From contig CAVKAO010000002.1 of the NCBI GenBank assembly GCA_963654705.1, forward strand, positions 16,806 to 80,805: a DNA stretch of 64,000 nucleotides, in the 5' to 3' direction. Shown here one piece after another: positions 47,723-59,388 of the stretch. This stretch comes from Oscillospiraceae bacterium. GTDB lineage: Bacteria > Bacillota_I > Bacilli_A > Erysipelotrichales > Erysipelotrichaceae. How positions within the stretch are numbered: position 1 is the stretch's first letter; every line of letters begins with the position of its first letter. A program made the position numbers and the translations under genes. Below the pieces are notes generated by a model. That model saw nothing but the letters and a program-made list of their open reading frames with translations. It was not told the DNA's origin and did no database searches.

Positions 47723-48393
47723 ATTTCCATTAAAATTTCGCTCAATAATTTAAAAGCCTTATCGCTTGAGTTTCTAACATTTTCCTCAAACATTGAACCA
47801 TCACCATCAAGAGTATCTGATATGCATTTGATAGATAGACATTTAACATTATTAAGAAAACATGTTCTAGCTATACCAGCTATTTCCATATCACATATTG
47901 AACAATTTAAGCTAGCTAGATTATTTTTATCACCCTTGTCTTCTACAAATCTTTCTCCACTTGCTACTAAACACTCTTTTAAATCAGGTTTAATCTTTTT
48001 TGCTAATTCAATAAGTCCCTTATCAAGTGGTATTTCGACAGTGTCTATATCATCATATTGATGAGGCAAAACATTTTCAAAACATGATATATCAAAGTCA
48101 TGATTTATCGCCCCCTTTACCACAAATAAATCCGATACTTCAATATCTTTAACCAAAGCACCAGTAACGCCATAATTCAATATTGTTTCTACATTATATT
48201 TAGTAATTAAATATTGAGTAGCACAAGCCGCATCAATTTCACCACACCCTGATTTTATGGCATATACTTCATTATTATTAATTGATGTTTTATAGACCGT
48301 TCTATTATCAATCTCTATTGTTTCAACTTCATATTTACTTTCTAAAAAGCTTTTAAGTTCGCGTTCAATCGCAATCACTATTCCAATTTTCAC
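47716..48393 (-). CDS. MTA/SAH nucleosidase-like (PNP_UDP_1 family) protein
   Basis: 225 aa with MKIGIVIAIERE, SGCGEIDAA and a C-terminal DMEIAG motif. GTG start after a GAGGTG SD. Confidence 0.6.
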   Translation of the reverse strand: MKIGIVIAIERELKSFLESKYEVETIEIDNRTVYKTSINNNEVYAIKSGCGEIDAACATQYLITKYNVETILNYGVTGALVKDIEVSDLFVVKGAINHDFDISCFENVLPHQYDDIDTVEIPLDKGLIELAKKIKPDLKECLVASGERFVEDKGDKNNLASLNCSICDMEIAGIARTCFLNNVKCLSIKCISDTLDGDGSMFEENVRNSSDKAFKLLSEILMEIK

Positions 48394-48419
48394 ATTAACA
48401 CCTCGCCCTTTAATTATAA

Positions 48420-49154
48420 GTGATAAAATTAAAAACGATGTTTGAAAATAAAAAAGAAATGTTACTAGAAGGATTTAAAGATGGCATTCCAATTGGACTT
48501 GGATATTTTGCCGTATCCTTTTCCCTGGGAGTATATGCGGCAAATGTAGGATTAACGCCAATTCAAGGAGCTATTGCCTCATTATTAACAAATGCTTCAG
48601 CGGGAGAATATGCAGGCTTTATGGTAATAGCCACTAATGCATCATATTTACAAATGATACTTATGACCATTATTGCTTCATTAAGATACCTTCTTATGTC
48701 TACTGTATTATCTTCAAGATGTGATGAAACTTTAAGTCTAAAACACCGTCTTTTGTTAAGCTTTTATATTACGGATGAATTATTCGCTATAACAATAGCC
48801 AAAAGTAAGAAAGTTAAACCTTACTATACATATGGAGCCATCTTGCCTGCTACAACCCTATGGGCTTTTGGCACAATGCTTGGTATATTGGCTGGTAATA
48901 TCCTACCTATAAGAATTGTCTCAGCTTTATCAGTTGCCTTATATGGTATGTTTATCGCAATAATTATTCCGCCCTGCAAACAAGATAAGCATGTCCTTAT
49001 TGCAATAATAATCTCTTTTGTATCAAGCTATTTGACAACCTATTACATTCCCTATTTAAAAGATATTAGCTCAGGTACTAGAACAATTATTCTTACAATG
49101 ATAATCTCAATAATTATGGCCCTATTAGCACCTAGAAAGGAAAATGATGCATAA
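48420..49154 (+). CDS. azlC: branched-chain amino-acid exporter subunit AzlC
   Basis: Polytopic membrane protein followed by an overlapping azlD. The track start is GTG, and an alternative ATG lies at 48438. Confidence 0.75.
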   Translation: MIKLKTMFENKKEMLLEGFKDGIPIGLGYFAVSFSLGVYAANVGLTPIQGAIASLLTNASAGEYAGFMVIATNASYLQMILMTIIASLRYLLMSTVLSSRCDETLSLKHRLLLSFYITDELFAITIAKSKKVKPYYTYGAILPATTLWAFGTMLGILAGNILPIRIVSALSVALYGMFIAIIIPPCKQDKHVLIAIIISFVSSYLTTYYIPYLKDISSGTRTIILTMIISIIMALLAPRKENDA

Positions 49155-49449
49155 TACTTGGATATACATATTACTAATGGCTCTTACAACCTTTCTAATA
49201 AGAGTACTTCCAATGGTATTAATTAGAAAAGAAATAAAAAGTCCTTTTATTAAATCGTTTTTATATTATGTGCCTTACATTACTCTAGCAGTAATGACCT
49301 TTCCAGCCATTATAGAAGCTACAAGCAGTCTACTTGCAGGCTATATTGCCCTAATTGTTGGTGTAATAGCAGCCTATAAGAATATGAATTTAATTGGTGT
49401 AGCAAGCCTATGCTGTCTTAGTGTTCTAATAGTTGAACTTATAGTATAA
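49144..49449 (+). CDS. azlD: AzlD-family small membrane subunit
   Basis: 101 aa, 3-4 TM helices. It overlaps azlC by 11 nt. Confidence 0.75.
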   Translation: MMHNTWIYILLMALTTFLIRVLPMVLIRKEIKSPFIKSFLYYVPYITLAVMTFPAIIEATSSLLAGYIALIVGVIAAYKNMNLIGVASLCCLSVLIVELIV

Positions 49450-49529
49450 ATACTCATATAAAAAAGCCAATTATAAGGCAATAGTTAACGATTGTTATTA
49501 GTGGCCATTATAAAAGGCTTATAGTTTGA

Positions 49530-50360
49530 TTAACGACTAGCTAAAACGACATGTCTTAATAAAATTGAAGTGGTAATAGAACCTACGCCACCTGGAACAG
49601 GGGTGATGTTTTTAACAATTGGCTCAACCTCTTCAAATAAAACATCACCACATAATTTATTCTTAGTTTCATTAAAATTAATGCCTACATCAACAATAGT
49701 TTGATGTTTATTTACATATTCTTTAGTAATAGACTCCATTTGTCCAGTTGCGCAAACTAGAATATCAGCTTTTTGACATATTTGCTTAATATCCTTAGTT
49801 TTACTATGACAAATAGTAACTGTTGCATCCTTTTTTAGAAGCAACATGCTAACAGGTTTACCAATAACTAGTGATCTGCCAAGCACAACAACATTTTTAC
49901 CTTTTACATCAATATTATAAAAATCCAATAGTTCAATAACTGCTTGAGCAGTGCATGGGGCAAAAGTATTTTTTAAGCCAATGAAAACACCAGCTAAACT
50001 TTCATCTAAACAAGCATCAACATCCTTTTTAAAGCTAATGTGTTTATTTAATAAAGATTCATCCAATTGTTTTGGTAAAGGTCTAAAGACAAGTATTCCA
50101 TGAATGTTATCATCATTATTAGCTTTATCTAATGCATCAAAAAAAGTCTTTTCATCAACATCTAATTCAAAATTATATTTAATTACGTCAATACCTAACT
50201 TTAAAGCTTTTTTATCAATACCTCTTTCATAGGCACTATCATTATCCTTATTGCCCACTTTAAAAATAGCCAAGCAAGGAGTTAAACCACTACTTATATC
50301 ATTTATGCTTAAATTATCAATATGATCTGCAACATCTTTCCCCTTTAAAATATTTGCCAT
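49530..50360 (-). CDS. folD: bifunctional methylene-THF dehydrogenase / methenyl-THF cyclohydrolase
   Basis: 276 aa with VVLGRSLVIGKP and TPVPGGVG motifs. Confidence 0.9.
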   Translation of the reverse strand: MANILKGKDVADHIDNLSINDISSGLTPCLAIFKVGNKDNDSAYERGIDKKALKLGIDVIKYNFELDVDEKTFFDALDKANNDDNIHGILVFRPLPKQLDESLLNKHISFKKDVDACLDESLAGVFIGLKNTFAPCTAQAVIELLDFYNIDVKGKNVVVLGRSLVIGKPVSMLLLKKDATVTICHSKTKDIKQICQKADILVCATGQMESITKEYVNKHQTIVDVGINFNETKNKLCGDVLFEEVEPIVKNITPVPGGVGSITTSILLRHVVLASR

Positions 50361-50361
50361 A

Positions 50362-50970
50362 TTATATCCTTTCTAGCACCACTTTATAGGCATCAGAAGC
50401 GATTGCGCTATATTTATCAAGTATCTTATTAGCCATGTTTTCTAAATTGGTTGCATATTCCTTATCCTTCATAAGTTTAGTATTAACAAGCACATTTAAA
50501 TACGCACCCTTTAAAGCACCACTGGCCAAAGCCAAAGAAGTTCCTACATCCGATATCATAATCTTTGTTGTAATATCCTTTAGACGATTATCAATTTCAA
50601 TCACTTTAGCACAATATTTCATAATAGATAAAGGAGGCATGGAAGCATCTTGCAAACACTTCTCTAGAATCATGATATATTCAGGATTATTTTTATCCAT
50701 TGAATAAGCTTTACTTAAAGGATAAAAAGCTTTTGCATCTTCATTTATACAATTTAATAATTTATCATCCAATTCCTTTAATTGATTAGATATATTTTTA
50801 AGCTCATCTTCATATTCCAAATATTTCTTTTTGCCATAAGTTAGTTCAATTGCCATATTACCAAGGCAACTACTTAAAGCTCCAACTAAAGCACTAGTTG
50901 ACCCACCACCAGGAACAGCTTCTTTAGAAAATAAGACATCATTAAATTCTTTAATCGTTTTGTTATACAT
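50362..50970 (-). CDS. fchA: cyclodeaminase/cyclohydrolase-family protein (FchA-like)
   Basis: 202-aa all-helical protein with PGGGSTSALVGAL near the N-terminus. It lies between fhs and folD. Confidence 0.7.
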   Translation of the reverse strand: MYNKTIKEFNDVLFSKEAVPGGGSTSALVGALSSCLGNMAIELTYGKKKYLEYEDELKNISNQLKELDDKLLNCINEDAKAFYPLSKAYSMDKNNPEYIMILEKCLQDASMPPLSIMKYCAKVIEIDNRLKDITTKIMISDVGTSLALASGALKGAYLNVLVNTKLMKDKEYATNLENMANKILDKYSAIASDAYKVVLERI

Positions 50971-50971
50971 A

Positions 50972-52642
50972 TTAGAAAAGTCCTACTATTTCACCATTTT
51001 CATCAATATCAATATTTTCACTAGCTGGCATTTTAGGAAGACCTGGCATCGTCATAATATCACCTGTATAGACAACAATAAAACCAGCCCCAGATGCAAG
51101 CTTTACATTTTTAACGGTAATCTTAAAATCTTCTGGTGCATTTAATTTTTTAGCATCATCTGAAAAAGAATATTGGGTTTTGGCCATACAAATTGGTAGA
51201 TTAGCATAACCAAGTTCCTCAATCTTCTTTATCATCTTATTTGCTTTGCTTTCATAGTTTACACCACTACCATGATATATTTTTTTAACAATAGCCTCTA
51301 TTTTATCTTTAATACTTAAATTTAAATCATAGGCATAAGTAAAATCATTATCATCCTTAATCGAGTCTAAAACACTATTAGCTAAGCCAATTGCGCCATT
51401 TCCACCTTTTTTATATACTTCACATTTTTCAATCTTAATATTTTTTTCATTACACTTATTAAGTACTAATGAAATCTCTTTTTCGCTGTCTGATTCAAAT
51501 ATATTCAACGCTACCACACAAGGAAGTTTATAAACAGTTTTAATATTATCAACATGTCTATATAAATTAGCTAAACCTTTTTCTAAAGTTAACAAATCTT
51601 CTTGTTTAAGATCATCTTTATTACTACCACCATGTAGCTTTAAGGCCCTAATACTTGCAACTAAAACCACACAACTTGGCTTTAAATTACCTTTGCGGCA
51701 TTTAATATCCAAAAATTTCTCAGCCCCCAAATCAGCCCCAAAACCAGCTTCGCTAACCACATAATCACCTAATTTTAAAGCTAATTTTGTAGCTTGTATA
51801 GAGTTACATCCATGAGCAATATTGGCAAATGGTCCACCATGAATTAAAGCAGGATTACCAGCAAGGGTTTGGACTAAATTTGGCTTAAAGCTATCTTTTA
51901 ATAGAACACTCATTGCCCCATTAGCCTTTAAATCTCTAGCTGTAACCTTTTCACCAGCATAGTTATAAGCAACAATAATATCGCCTAATTTTTCTTTTAA
52001 ATCGCTTAAGCTATTAGCTAAACAAAATACCGCCATAACCTCACTAGCAACCGTTATTTCAAAGCCATCTTGTCTAACATTGCCATCAGTTTTATTGCCT
52101 AGTCCATCTACAACATTTCTTAATTGTCTATCATTCATATCCACAACTCTTTTAATTGTGATAGTCTTAGGATCAATATCCAATTTATTACCTTGGTAGA
52201 TATGATTATCAAGTAAAGCGCATAGCAAATTATTGGCTGCCCCTATCGCATGAAAATCTCCAGTAAAATGTAAATTGATATCTTCCATTGGGCAAACTTG
52301 AGCATATCCCCCTCCTGTAGCCCCACCTTTTATTCCAAATACTGGTCCCAAAGAAGGTTCTCTTAATGCCACAATTGTCTTTTTATTCAACAAGTTTAAG
52401 CCATCAGCCAAACCAATAGTAACGGTCGTCTTGCCCTCACCAGCACTAGTTGGACTAATAGCACTAACAAGTATTAGCTTGCCATCTTTTCTATCCTTTA
52501 AATCATCTAAAAGCTTATTATCTATCTTCGCTTTATATTTACCATAACATTCAAGATAATCATCTTTTAAATCAATCTTCCTTGCGATATCAACAATATT
52601 CTCCATCTTATGTTGTTTACTAATCTCAATATCACTAAGCAT
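50972..52642 (-). CDS. fhs: formate-tetrahydrofolate ligase
   Basis: 556 aa with the P-loop [10 protein letters not shown]. Confidence 0.95.
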   Translation of the reverse strand: MLSDIEISKQHKMENIVDIARKIDLKDDYLECYGKYKAKIDNKLLDDLKDRKDGKLILVSAISPTSAGEGKTTVTIGLADGLNLLNKKTIVALREPSLGPVFGIKGGATGGGYAQVCPMEDINLHFTGDFHAIGAANNLLCALLDNHIYQGNKLDIDPKTITIKRVVDMNDRQLRNVVDGLGNKTDGNVRQDGFEITVASEVMAVFCLANSLSDLKEKLGDIIVAYNYAGEKVTARDLKANGAMSVLLKDSFKPNLVQTLAGNPALIHGGPFANIAHGCNSIQATKLALKLGDYVVSEAGFGADLGAEKFLDIKCRKGNLKPSCVVLVASIRALKLHGGSNKDDLKQEDLLTLEKGLANLYRHVDNIKTVYKLPCVVALNIFESDSEKEISLVLNKCNEKNIKIEKCEVYKKGGNGAIGLANSVLDSIKDDNDFTYAYDLNLSIKDKIEAIVKKIYHGSGVNYESKANKMIKKIEELGYANLPICMAKTQYSFSDDAKKLNAPEDFKITVKNVKLASGAGFIVVYTGDIMTMPGLPKMPASENIDIDENGEIVGLF

Positions 52643-52681
52643 AAATTATTCCCCCATGTAAATTAACACTATTGTACCAAA

Positions 52682-52705
52682 AAAGGAGATATATAAATCT
52701 CCTTT
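52682..52705 (-). terminator. intrinsic terminator ending the PASTA/ytr-like operon
   Basis: Minus strand reads AAAGGAGAT-TTATAT-ATCTCCTTT followed by a T-run. An extended -10 for fhs (TGGTACAAT) follows. Confidence 0.8.
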
Positions 52706-52708
52706 AGA

Positions 52709-54304
52709 TTAATTACCATTGCCAATGGACTTTGTAGCCTCATAGCCAAAGTTTTCATATAAATCATAATAATCACTTGTTAAAGCTACATATTCACCAT
52801 CTTCATAAATAATGTAATATCGCTCACCACTATCCCAATCATCAATAAGTATATATGCATCATCATCTTCCATTAAGATTGTTTTAACATCATCCATGTT
52901 GATTAAGTCACATGCATAAGTAGAAAGATTGATTTTATCACCATCAATATAAGAAACATCAAGTGTATTACTCATTATTTCGTCGTTATGATTATAATAA
53001 TCGTCAATGGCTTTTTTACGATAAGCTTCCATTAAATCCGTAACCGTTCTTGAGCCATTTCCTGTTTTTAAGGTGAAATAATTACCATATTCACTATTTG
53101 GCAAAGTCGTGTCCTCTATTCCCTTTACCTCACTTAAGAAATCATAGAAGCCAATAGTCTCCTCATCTTTAAATAAAGTTTGTGAATAATAAGTATAAGA
53201 CATGTTGCCATATTCAAATTGATAATTATAAGATAAACCAAAGCCATGCGTTCTATCACATACCACATTAAATAATAGTGATAAAGTTACACCAATACAG
53301 AATAGTATTATTTGTAACTTAGATAATATAAATGTACGCTTATAAACAAAGTTACCAATAAGATATGCCAAGAATAATAGTATATAAAGAATAATGAAAC
53401 TAAAATCACCTAGCATATCCTTGGATAAACAAGCTATTACAAATAAGAAGATAATTGTATATGCACCTATTACAAAGGGATAGGCAAAGAAAGCATCAGA
53501 ATAATTACCAGCTCTTTCAACCTTACGGGTATTAAAACTTTTAAATAGTAAAATACCAAATAAAACGATGTAAACTAGGCTTGCCAATAGATAGCCAATA
53601 TACTCATTAGTATTAATAATCATGGCATAAAAAGCACTTAATACCGTTAAGGCAACAGGCGAAAAATAAACCAAGATATTTTCTAGTGCAAGGCTAATAT
53701 CTACACCAACTAAGAAAGTACTTTGAAAAAATATAGCCATCAAATATAAAGCAATCGGAAATAAATCATAGGCAATTATCATGATAGTGCCATCCAACAC
53801 TGTATTAGCTAAAAGATAGATAAAAGTGTTAAAGACAATTAGCATTGCATAACTAATTAGTGCAACAAGCAACATCAACAAGATTGAACCGATTCGTTTT
53901 ACTAATAGGCCCATGGTTAAATAACTAACTATATTGATGATATTAGCTAATAGATATGGTATAAAACAAGCTAATAGGCAAAATACTAAGCCAGTAAACA
54001 GCATTGATTTTCTTGATACATTTAATGAATAGAATGTATCAACAGCCTTTTTATTATGTACATAAGAAAATATAACAAGAGGTAATATGAAAGCAATCAT
54101 CATACCAATACCATAGGAAAAGGCCATGGTATTGGATAACAGTGAATATTCATTAAAATCTTTGCCGAAATTGGAAAAGGCAACAATACTTTGAACAATA
54201 CAGATAGCTACTAAAAAATACTTTTTAGATTTAATTAAATAATTAAAATAATTCTTATTTAACATTATTTCCTCCTGTATGTTCATAGATAAACAATTCT
54301 TCAA
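52709..54304 (-). CDS. large polytopic membrane protein with a C-terminal soluble domain (YtrC/YtrD-like ABC-2 permease candidate)
   Basis: About 10 predicted TM helices followed by a roughly 170-aa hydrophilic acidic domain. It overlaps the preceding ATPase gene, and its start is uncertain. Confidence 0.5.
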   Translation of the reverse strand: MKNCLSMNIQEEIMLNKNYFNYLIKSKKYFLVAICIVQSIVAFSNFGKDFNEYSLLSNTMAFSYGIGMMIAFILPLVIFSYVHNKKAVDTFYSLNVSRKSMLFTGLVFCLLACFIPYLLANIINIVSYLTMGLLVKRIGSILLMLLVALISYAMLIVFNTFIYLLANTVLDGTIMIIAYDLFPIALYLMAIFFQSTFLVGVDISLALENILVYFSPVALTVLSAFYAMIINTNEYIGYLLASLVYIVLFGILLFKSFNTRKVERAGNYSDAFFAYPFVIGAYTIIFLFVIACLSKDMLGDFSFIILYILLFLAYLIGNFVYKRTFILSKLQIILFCIGVTLSLLFNVVCDRTHGFGLSYNYQFEYGNMSYTYYSQTLFKDEETIGFYDFLSEVKGIEDTTLPNSEYGNYFTLKTGNGSRTVTDLMEAYRKKAIDDYYNHNDEIMSNTLDVSYIDGDKINLSTYACDLINMDDVKTILMEDDDAYILIDDWDSGERYYIIYEDGEYVALTSDYYDLYENFGYEATKSIGNGN

Positions 54305-55136
54305 AGTTTACATTAAGCACATCAAGTAAAAGTGGCTTAAGTTCTTGTAAACCATCCACAACCTCTTGTTTATCACCCTTTATAACTAAAGTAATAATGC
54401 GACCCTCTTTATTCTTATATAAGACATTAAAGTTATCAAAAATGCTTAAATCAACATCTTCACTAAAAGCCAATTGGTACTTATTTACATTAGCCTTAGA
54501 CTCTAATAAATCACCATAAGTTTCAATGTTTCCATCCTCTAAAATACCATAAGAATCGCATATATCTTCTAGTTCCTTTAAGTTGTGTGAAGAAATAATA
54601 ATCAAAGAATGATTATCTTCAATCAAGTCACTTAAAGCATTTTTAATATGTACCCTAACCATGGGATCAAGTCCATCAAAAGCCTCATCCAAAAGCAATA
54701 ATTTAGGCTTACATGCTAAAGCAAGAAGTAACATTGTTTGCCTTTTCATACCCTTAGAAAACTTAGAAATATTATTTTTTGGATTTAAACCAAATAGTTT
54801 TAAGTACTTATTATAAGTATCGTTATCAAAATCATAAAAGCTCATATAAAAGCTTTTTAAGCTTTCAATAGTTGAACCATAAGGGAAATATGGATCATCC
54901 GAAACAAGAAAGATATCTTTTCTAATTTCATTGTCATCATAAGTATCAAGACTATCAAAAAGGATACACCCCTCATCTAATTGATAAATACCAGCAATAC
55001 ACCTTAATAAAGTTGATTTACCAGCACCATTAATACCAACTAAACCAAAAATAGATCCATATTCAATATTTAAAGAAACTCCATTTAAAACCTTCTGATT
55101 ATCAAAGGCTTTATATACATTTTTTATTTCTAGCAT
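54255..55136 (-). CDS. ABC transporter ATP-binding protein (YtrB-like)
   Basis: Walker A GINGAGKST, signature FSKGMKRQ and Walker B LLLDEAFDGLD, with a C-terminal extra domain. Confidence 0.85.
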   Translation of the reverse strand: MLEIKNVYKAFDNQKVLNGVSLNIEYGSIFGLVGINGAGKSTLLRCIAGIYQLDEGCILFDSLDTYDDNEIRKDIFLVSDDPYFPYGSTIESLKSFYMSFYDFDNDTYNKYLKLFGLNPKNNISKFSKGMKRQTMLLLALACKPKLLLLDEAFDGLDPMVRVHIKNALSDLIEDNHSLIIISSHNLKELEDICDSYGILEDGNIETYGDLLESKANVNKYQLAFSEDVDLSIFDNFNVLYKNKEGRIITLVIKGDKQEVVDGLQELKPLLLDVLNVNFEELFIYEHTGGNNVK

Positions 55137-55487
55137 CTAATTCTCCATATATATTCTATTAACTACGCCTATAACTTCCTCATGTTTATAGCCATTCTCT
55201 TTTAGTTGGCGTATAAGAAAATCCACCTCATCAAGATTCTTTTTTTGCGATTTAAGATCAGCTACAAAATTACCCTTTTTAAGCACAGAATAAATATAGC
55301 CTTCTTTTTCCAATTCTTGATAAGCCTTTTGCACAGTATTGGGATTAATGCCCAAATCACTCGCTAATTCTCTTACACTAGGAAGTTTATCATTTGGCCT
55401 TAAGACGCCAGCATTTATAAATTTTATAATTTGAGCCTTGATTTGTTCGAAGATTGTTTCCTTACCCTGTAAATTAATAAGAAACAT
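55137..55487 (-). CDS. YtrA-subfamily GntR transcriptional regulator
   Basis: 116 aa, consisting of a wHTH (LPSVRELASDLGINPNTVQKAYQELEKEGYIYS) and a very short effector tail. Confidence 0.85.
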   Translation of the reverse strand: MFLINLQGKETIFEQIKAQIIKFINAGVLRPNDKLPSVRELASDLGINPNTVQKAYQELEKEGYIYSVLKKGNFVADLKSQKKNLDEVDFLIRQLKENGYKHEEVIGVVNRIYMEN

Positions 55488-55495
55488 TCTACCTC

Positions 55496-56173
55496 CTAAT
55501 CAAGTTTGTTTAATTTTCCATCTTTTAAAAGTAAACACTTATCAGACATTCTTGCAACTTCATCTGAGTGGGTAACAACGATAATTGTCTTACCATATTC
55601 ATGAGCAAGCTCTTTAAATATGTTAATAATTTCTTTTTCAGTAGCCGTATCCAAGTTACCTGTAGGCTCATCCGCAAAAATTAAATTAACATTACAAGCC
55701 AAAGATCTTGCAATGGCAACACGTTGTTGTTCACCACCAGAAAGTTGACCAACAATACGATCAGCCTTACTTCTAACAATACCAAACTTTTCAAGTAAGT
55801 TATAGGCAACAGTCTTCTTATCCTTTGGAACCTTATTATCTGTCTCTTCCATGGCCACCATAACATTTTCTACAGCTGTTAAATAACCAATTAAGTTATA
55901 TTGTTGGAAAACGATAGAAATAGCATTTCTTCTATACTTAGCCAAACCCATTTTTTCAACATCAGTTCCCTCAAAGTAGATTTTTCCACTTTTCGCCTCA
56001 TCTAGTCCAGCAACAAGTGACAAGAAAGTTGTTTTACCAGAACCAGAAGGACCAAGTATAGTATAGAAATTGCCAGATTCAAAGGTATAACTTAAATCCT
56101 TCAAAATTTGTCTTTCATAACCACCATCAATATATGAATAGTTAATATTTTCTAATTTTAAAATTTCTGACAT
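55496..56173 (-). CDS. ABC transporter ATP-binding protein (MacB/FtsE/YtrE-like)
   Basis: Walker [10 protein letters not shown], signature LSGGEQQR and Walker [12 protein letters not shown]. Confidence 0.9.
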   Translation of the reverse strand: MSEILKLENINYSYIDGGYERQILKDLSYTFESGNFYTILGPSGSGKTTFLSLVAGLDEAKSGKIYFEGTDVEKMGLAKYRRNAISIVFQQYNLIGYLTAVENVMVAMEETDNKVPKDKKTVAYNLLEKFGIVRSKADRIVGQLSGGEQQRVAIARSLACNVNLIFADEPTGNLDTATEKEIINIFKELAHEYGKTIIVVTHSDEVARMSDKCLLLKDGKLNKLD

Positions 56174-56183
56174 ACCATCCTCC

Positions 56184-57803
56184 TTAGTTTTGGTTCATTA
56201 AAATTTTCTTAGGATTAAAACGCATAATCATCATTGAAGGAATTAAAATTGAAATCAATACAATTACAAGACCTACAATATAAATTTCCGCGATAATAAG
56301 TGGTGAAATAGAAACATGATAGTTGCCCACAATATCTTCTAAAGAAACTTCAGAAGTATAATCATTATTCCATACATCATCAACATAGAAATTGTCATTA
56401 CTACTATCTTCATCATCTAAACCACTTGATGCGATTTGATATTGAAGTACCGTTTGTCCTACTTTATCAGCGATAAGACTGCCTGTACCAATTGATAGTG
56501 TAAAGCCAAGTAATGCAACTAAAGCTAGTTCAACAAAGAATTGTGACACAACCTTAAATTTACTTGCACCAAGTGAAAGCAACACACCAATTTCATATTC
56601 TCTTGTCTTTAATGTAAGGGCGGTAATTAAAGTGATAATCACTACAGCATTAATTACAACCAACCATACAATAAAGTTTGCATACATAGTTAATGTATCT
56701 AATGGCTTAGCCAATTTATTAAATTCTGAGTTATCGACATTAATAGTCTTATAATCGCCCAAATTATCTTTATAATCTGCCACAAAATCATCTACTTCAA
56801 GCGGATCATTTAATAATAAAGTAACTGAGTTTAAAGAAACTTGACTTAAATTATCAATTGAAGGACGATTGCTATCATCTTGATAATACTCATCATCTGG
56901 ATTCTTAGTTTTATAATAATCAAATACCTTTTGTTGAAGAGGAATATTAATACTCTTATAAGTAGTACCTGGCATTAAAAACATGTTATCGGCATTTTGA
57001 TAAGGAGATAAATAATCATAACCCTGAGTATCAGGAGTAATGGTTGAATTATGCTCAAATATACCAATTATTTGAAGCTCACAAGTATAATCCTCACTAG
57101 TAATACCCATATCCTCACCATACATAACAGAAATATCAGAAGCGCTATTAGTTAAAAAAGAAATAGTATCGCCAACTTTTAAATTATTATGTTCAGCGAA
57201 AGCCTTAGAAACTAAACATACTTTTGAAGCATTATCAATTTCTTCTTGAGTATAAAATCGACCTTCACTAATCTTATAATCACCATCTTCAATTTCAATC
57301 ATATTAGGGAAGTAGTTAGTCTTAAGAAGATATGTAGGTTCTACATACTCAACACACTTGTTATTGCCATTTTCATCCATATAACAAGATTGTCCACCAC
57401 CACTATTTTCCTCAGCACTATTATTTAAATGCACATAATCAAGTCCTGAATCATCAGGATAAGCAAACATTGTTTCAAGCGCATTAGCTGTTTTAACTCT
57501 GCTATCTTTTAAGATATCCTGCACTTCAGCTAAAGTAACTGAAGGATAATTTGAAGCAGCCTTGCTTCTCTCATCCTCATCTTGAATTGTTTCAATATAG
57601 TTATACCAAGCCGTATAATCAACATCCAATGTTGCAACAGCCCTCATCTTTTGACGAGTAAGTGTCTTAGCTTGAGTCGAAGCATTTGATACACCAAGGC
57701 CAACAATAACCAATGTACCTACAAGTAAGAATGTAAGTATAAGTAAAATAGTCTTAGATAATTTTCTAGTAACATTTTTAACTGCTCTATTAAAGAAATT
57801 CAT
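56184..57803 (-). CDS. FtsX/MacB-type ABC permease with a large extracytoplasmic domain (YtrF-like)
   Basis: TM1, then about 335 extracellular aa, then three C-terminal TM helices (FtsX domain). Confidence 0.8.
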   Translation of the reverse strand: MNFFNRAVKNVTRKLSKTILLILTFLLVGTLVIVGLGVSNASTQAKTLTRQKMRAVATLDVDYTAWYNYIETIQDEDERSKAASNYPSVTLAEVQDILKDSRVKTANALETMFAYPDDSGLDYVHLNNSAEENSGGGQSCYMDENGNNKCVEYVEPTYLLKTNYFPNMIEIEDGDYKISEGRFYTQEEIDNASKVCLVSKAFAEHNNLKVGDTISFLTNSASDISVMYGEDMGITSEDYTCELQIIGIFEHNSTITPDTQGYDYLSPYQNADNMFLMPGTTYKSINIPLQQKVFDYYKTKNPDDEYYQDDSNRPSIDNLSQVSLNSVTLLLNDPLEVDDFVADYKDNLGDYKTINVDNSEFNKLAKPLDTLTMYANFIVWLVVINAVVIITLITALTLKTREYEIGVLLSLGASKFKVVSQFFVELALVALLGFTLSIGTGSLIADKVGQTVLQYQIASSGLDDEDSSNDNFYVDDVWNNDYTSEVSLEDIVGNYHVSISPLIIAEIYIVGLVIVLISILIPSMMIMRFNPKKILMNQN

Positions 57804-57817
57804 GTAATCTCCCTTCT

Positions 57818-59386
57818 TTATTCACTATCAGTACTTTCAGAAGTTTTAGATGTAGTATGTTTCACCTTATAGCCTTCTTCTTTTTTACAAACTTCAATAG
57901 TATATGAACAATCATCATATAATTTGTCTTCATTGCCAACACCGACAATTCGACCAGGTTCGCCATAATCAAGTGTACCCACATTATTCGCAAGAGTGTA
58001 AGTGATACCATTAGTAGATAATGCATCCATGATTTCGCTGATTGTGGCTACGTCTTCACTATTTTCATCTATTTTAAGTATTGTTTTTAATGGATAGTAT
58101 TTGCCCTTAGATACCACTATAGAAAATCTTGCATCAAGTGGAAGTCTATCGCCAATATCATATGTTTCACCTGTTGAATATGAAGAAATTTCATAAGAAA
58201 CGATTTGACCCTTTGCATATGTATCAGAATAAACTTGCGAAGACTCACTCCAGTTACCACAATATGCATCAATACCTTTATGACGTTTTTCATTACACCA
58301 GTCTTCTAGTTTGAAGGCATTTACGCCTTCATCTAATACTTTGTCTAAGCCCTCGCTATCCGCATAGAAGTACTTCCCTAGGTTAAAGGTAATCTTGACT
58401 TCATCGCTTGTAGAAATGGTTTGTCCAGAGCTTACATTGCAAGATAAGACTTTCTTATCACTATCTGAATATTGTTCATCAGTTGTTATATTAGTAATGC
58501 CATTCTTGCTTGCCCAAGATTCAACTTGTGTTTTAGACATAGAAGTTAAATCAGGAACCTTAATACCTTTTCCCTTTGATACGGTAATAGTTAAAGTATC
58601 AGTAGTCTTCATCGTTTCATTGGCTTTTACTGATTGGGAAATAACCTTACCAGAATCAACCTTTTCCGAATATGCTTCAACCTTATTTAAAGTAACCTTA
58701 TTAGTCTTAGCCCAAGTCTCAACTTCCGCATATTCCTTGCCAACAAAATCAGTAACTGTAACCGTACCAGCTGGTTGAGGGCCCTTGGAAATAGAAATAT
58801 TCAAAGTAGAAGATCTAGTGAAGTCTTCCTCATCTACGCCCTTTATTTCATAAGAAATTACCGCGTCCTTATCATATGTATCGTTATATGAAGTAGTAAT
58901 CTTAACTTTTGTTAGCTTGTTTGTAGAAATCCAAGATTCAATTTCTGATTTTGTCATATTCTTTAAATCAGGAACAGTCACCTTTTCATCTGGATCAGCA
59001 CCAAGTGAAATAGTGAAAGTAATCTTTACATCTTTCTTTACTTTTTTGCCAGCTTTTACATCTTGGCTTAAAATTACGTTAGCGTCATTATCAAAGTTAT
59101 ATTCTTCTTTAAAAACAATGCCACTTGTAGTAATACCTTGTTGTTTTACCCAAGAAGCGACATCATCCTTTGTTTTACCTAAGAAATCAGGCATTTCAAT
59201 CTTTGGCGCAAAAAATAAAAAATAAGATAATACACCAACCGCTACAACTATAACGGTCGCAATAATTAATCCCTTTGGATTAAACTCCTTCTTTGGTTTT
59301 TCAATCTTAACTCTTTCTTCTTCTTTAAAACTATCTGGTGTCTTACCATCAGAAGAAAATTGGCTTAAAAAATCTTTTTCTGACAT
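57818..59386 (-). CDS. membrane-anchored protein with four PASTA domains and an unknown Cys-containing C-terminal domain, without a kinase or transpeptidase domain
   Basis: A short cytoplasmic tail and one TM helix are followed by four units of about 68 aa. Their signatures are (V/I)xVPD(L/F)xGxT...A..W...xxI...VxxxxSDxVxxGxVISQ...G..V....xITxxxSxG. A domain of about 180 aa follows (EDWCNEKRHKGIDAYCGNW). Confidence 0.7.
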   Translation of the reverse strand: MSEKDFLSQFSSDGKTPDSFKEEERVKIEKPKKEFNPKGLIIATVIVVAVGVLSYFLFFAPKIEMPDFLGKTKDDVASWVKQQGITTSGIVFKEEYNFDNDANVILSQDVKAGKKVKKDVKITFTISLGADPDEKVTVPDLKNMTKSEIESWISTNKLTKVKITTSYNDTYDKDAVISYEIKGVDEEDFTRSSTLNISISKGPQPAGTVTVTDFVGKEYAEVETWAKTNKVTLNKVEAYSEKVDSGKVISQSVKANETMKTTDTLTITVSKGKGIKVPDLTSMSKTQVESWASKNGITNITTDEQYSDSDKKVLSCNVSSGQTISTSDEVKITFNLGKYFYADSEGLDKVLDEGVNAFKLEDWCNEKRHKGIDAYCGNWSESSQVYSDTYAKGQIVSYEISSYSTGETYDIGDRLPLDARFSIVVSKGKYYPLKTILKIDENSEDVATISEIMDALSTNGITYTLANNVGTLDYGEPGRIVGVGNEDKLYDDCSYTIEVCKKEEGYKVKHTTSKTSESTDSE

Positions 59387-59388
59387 AA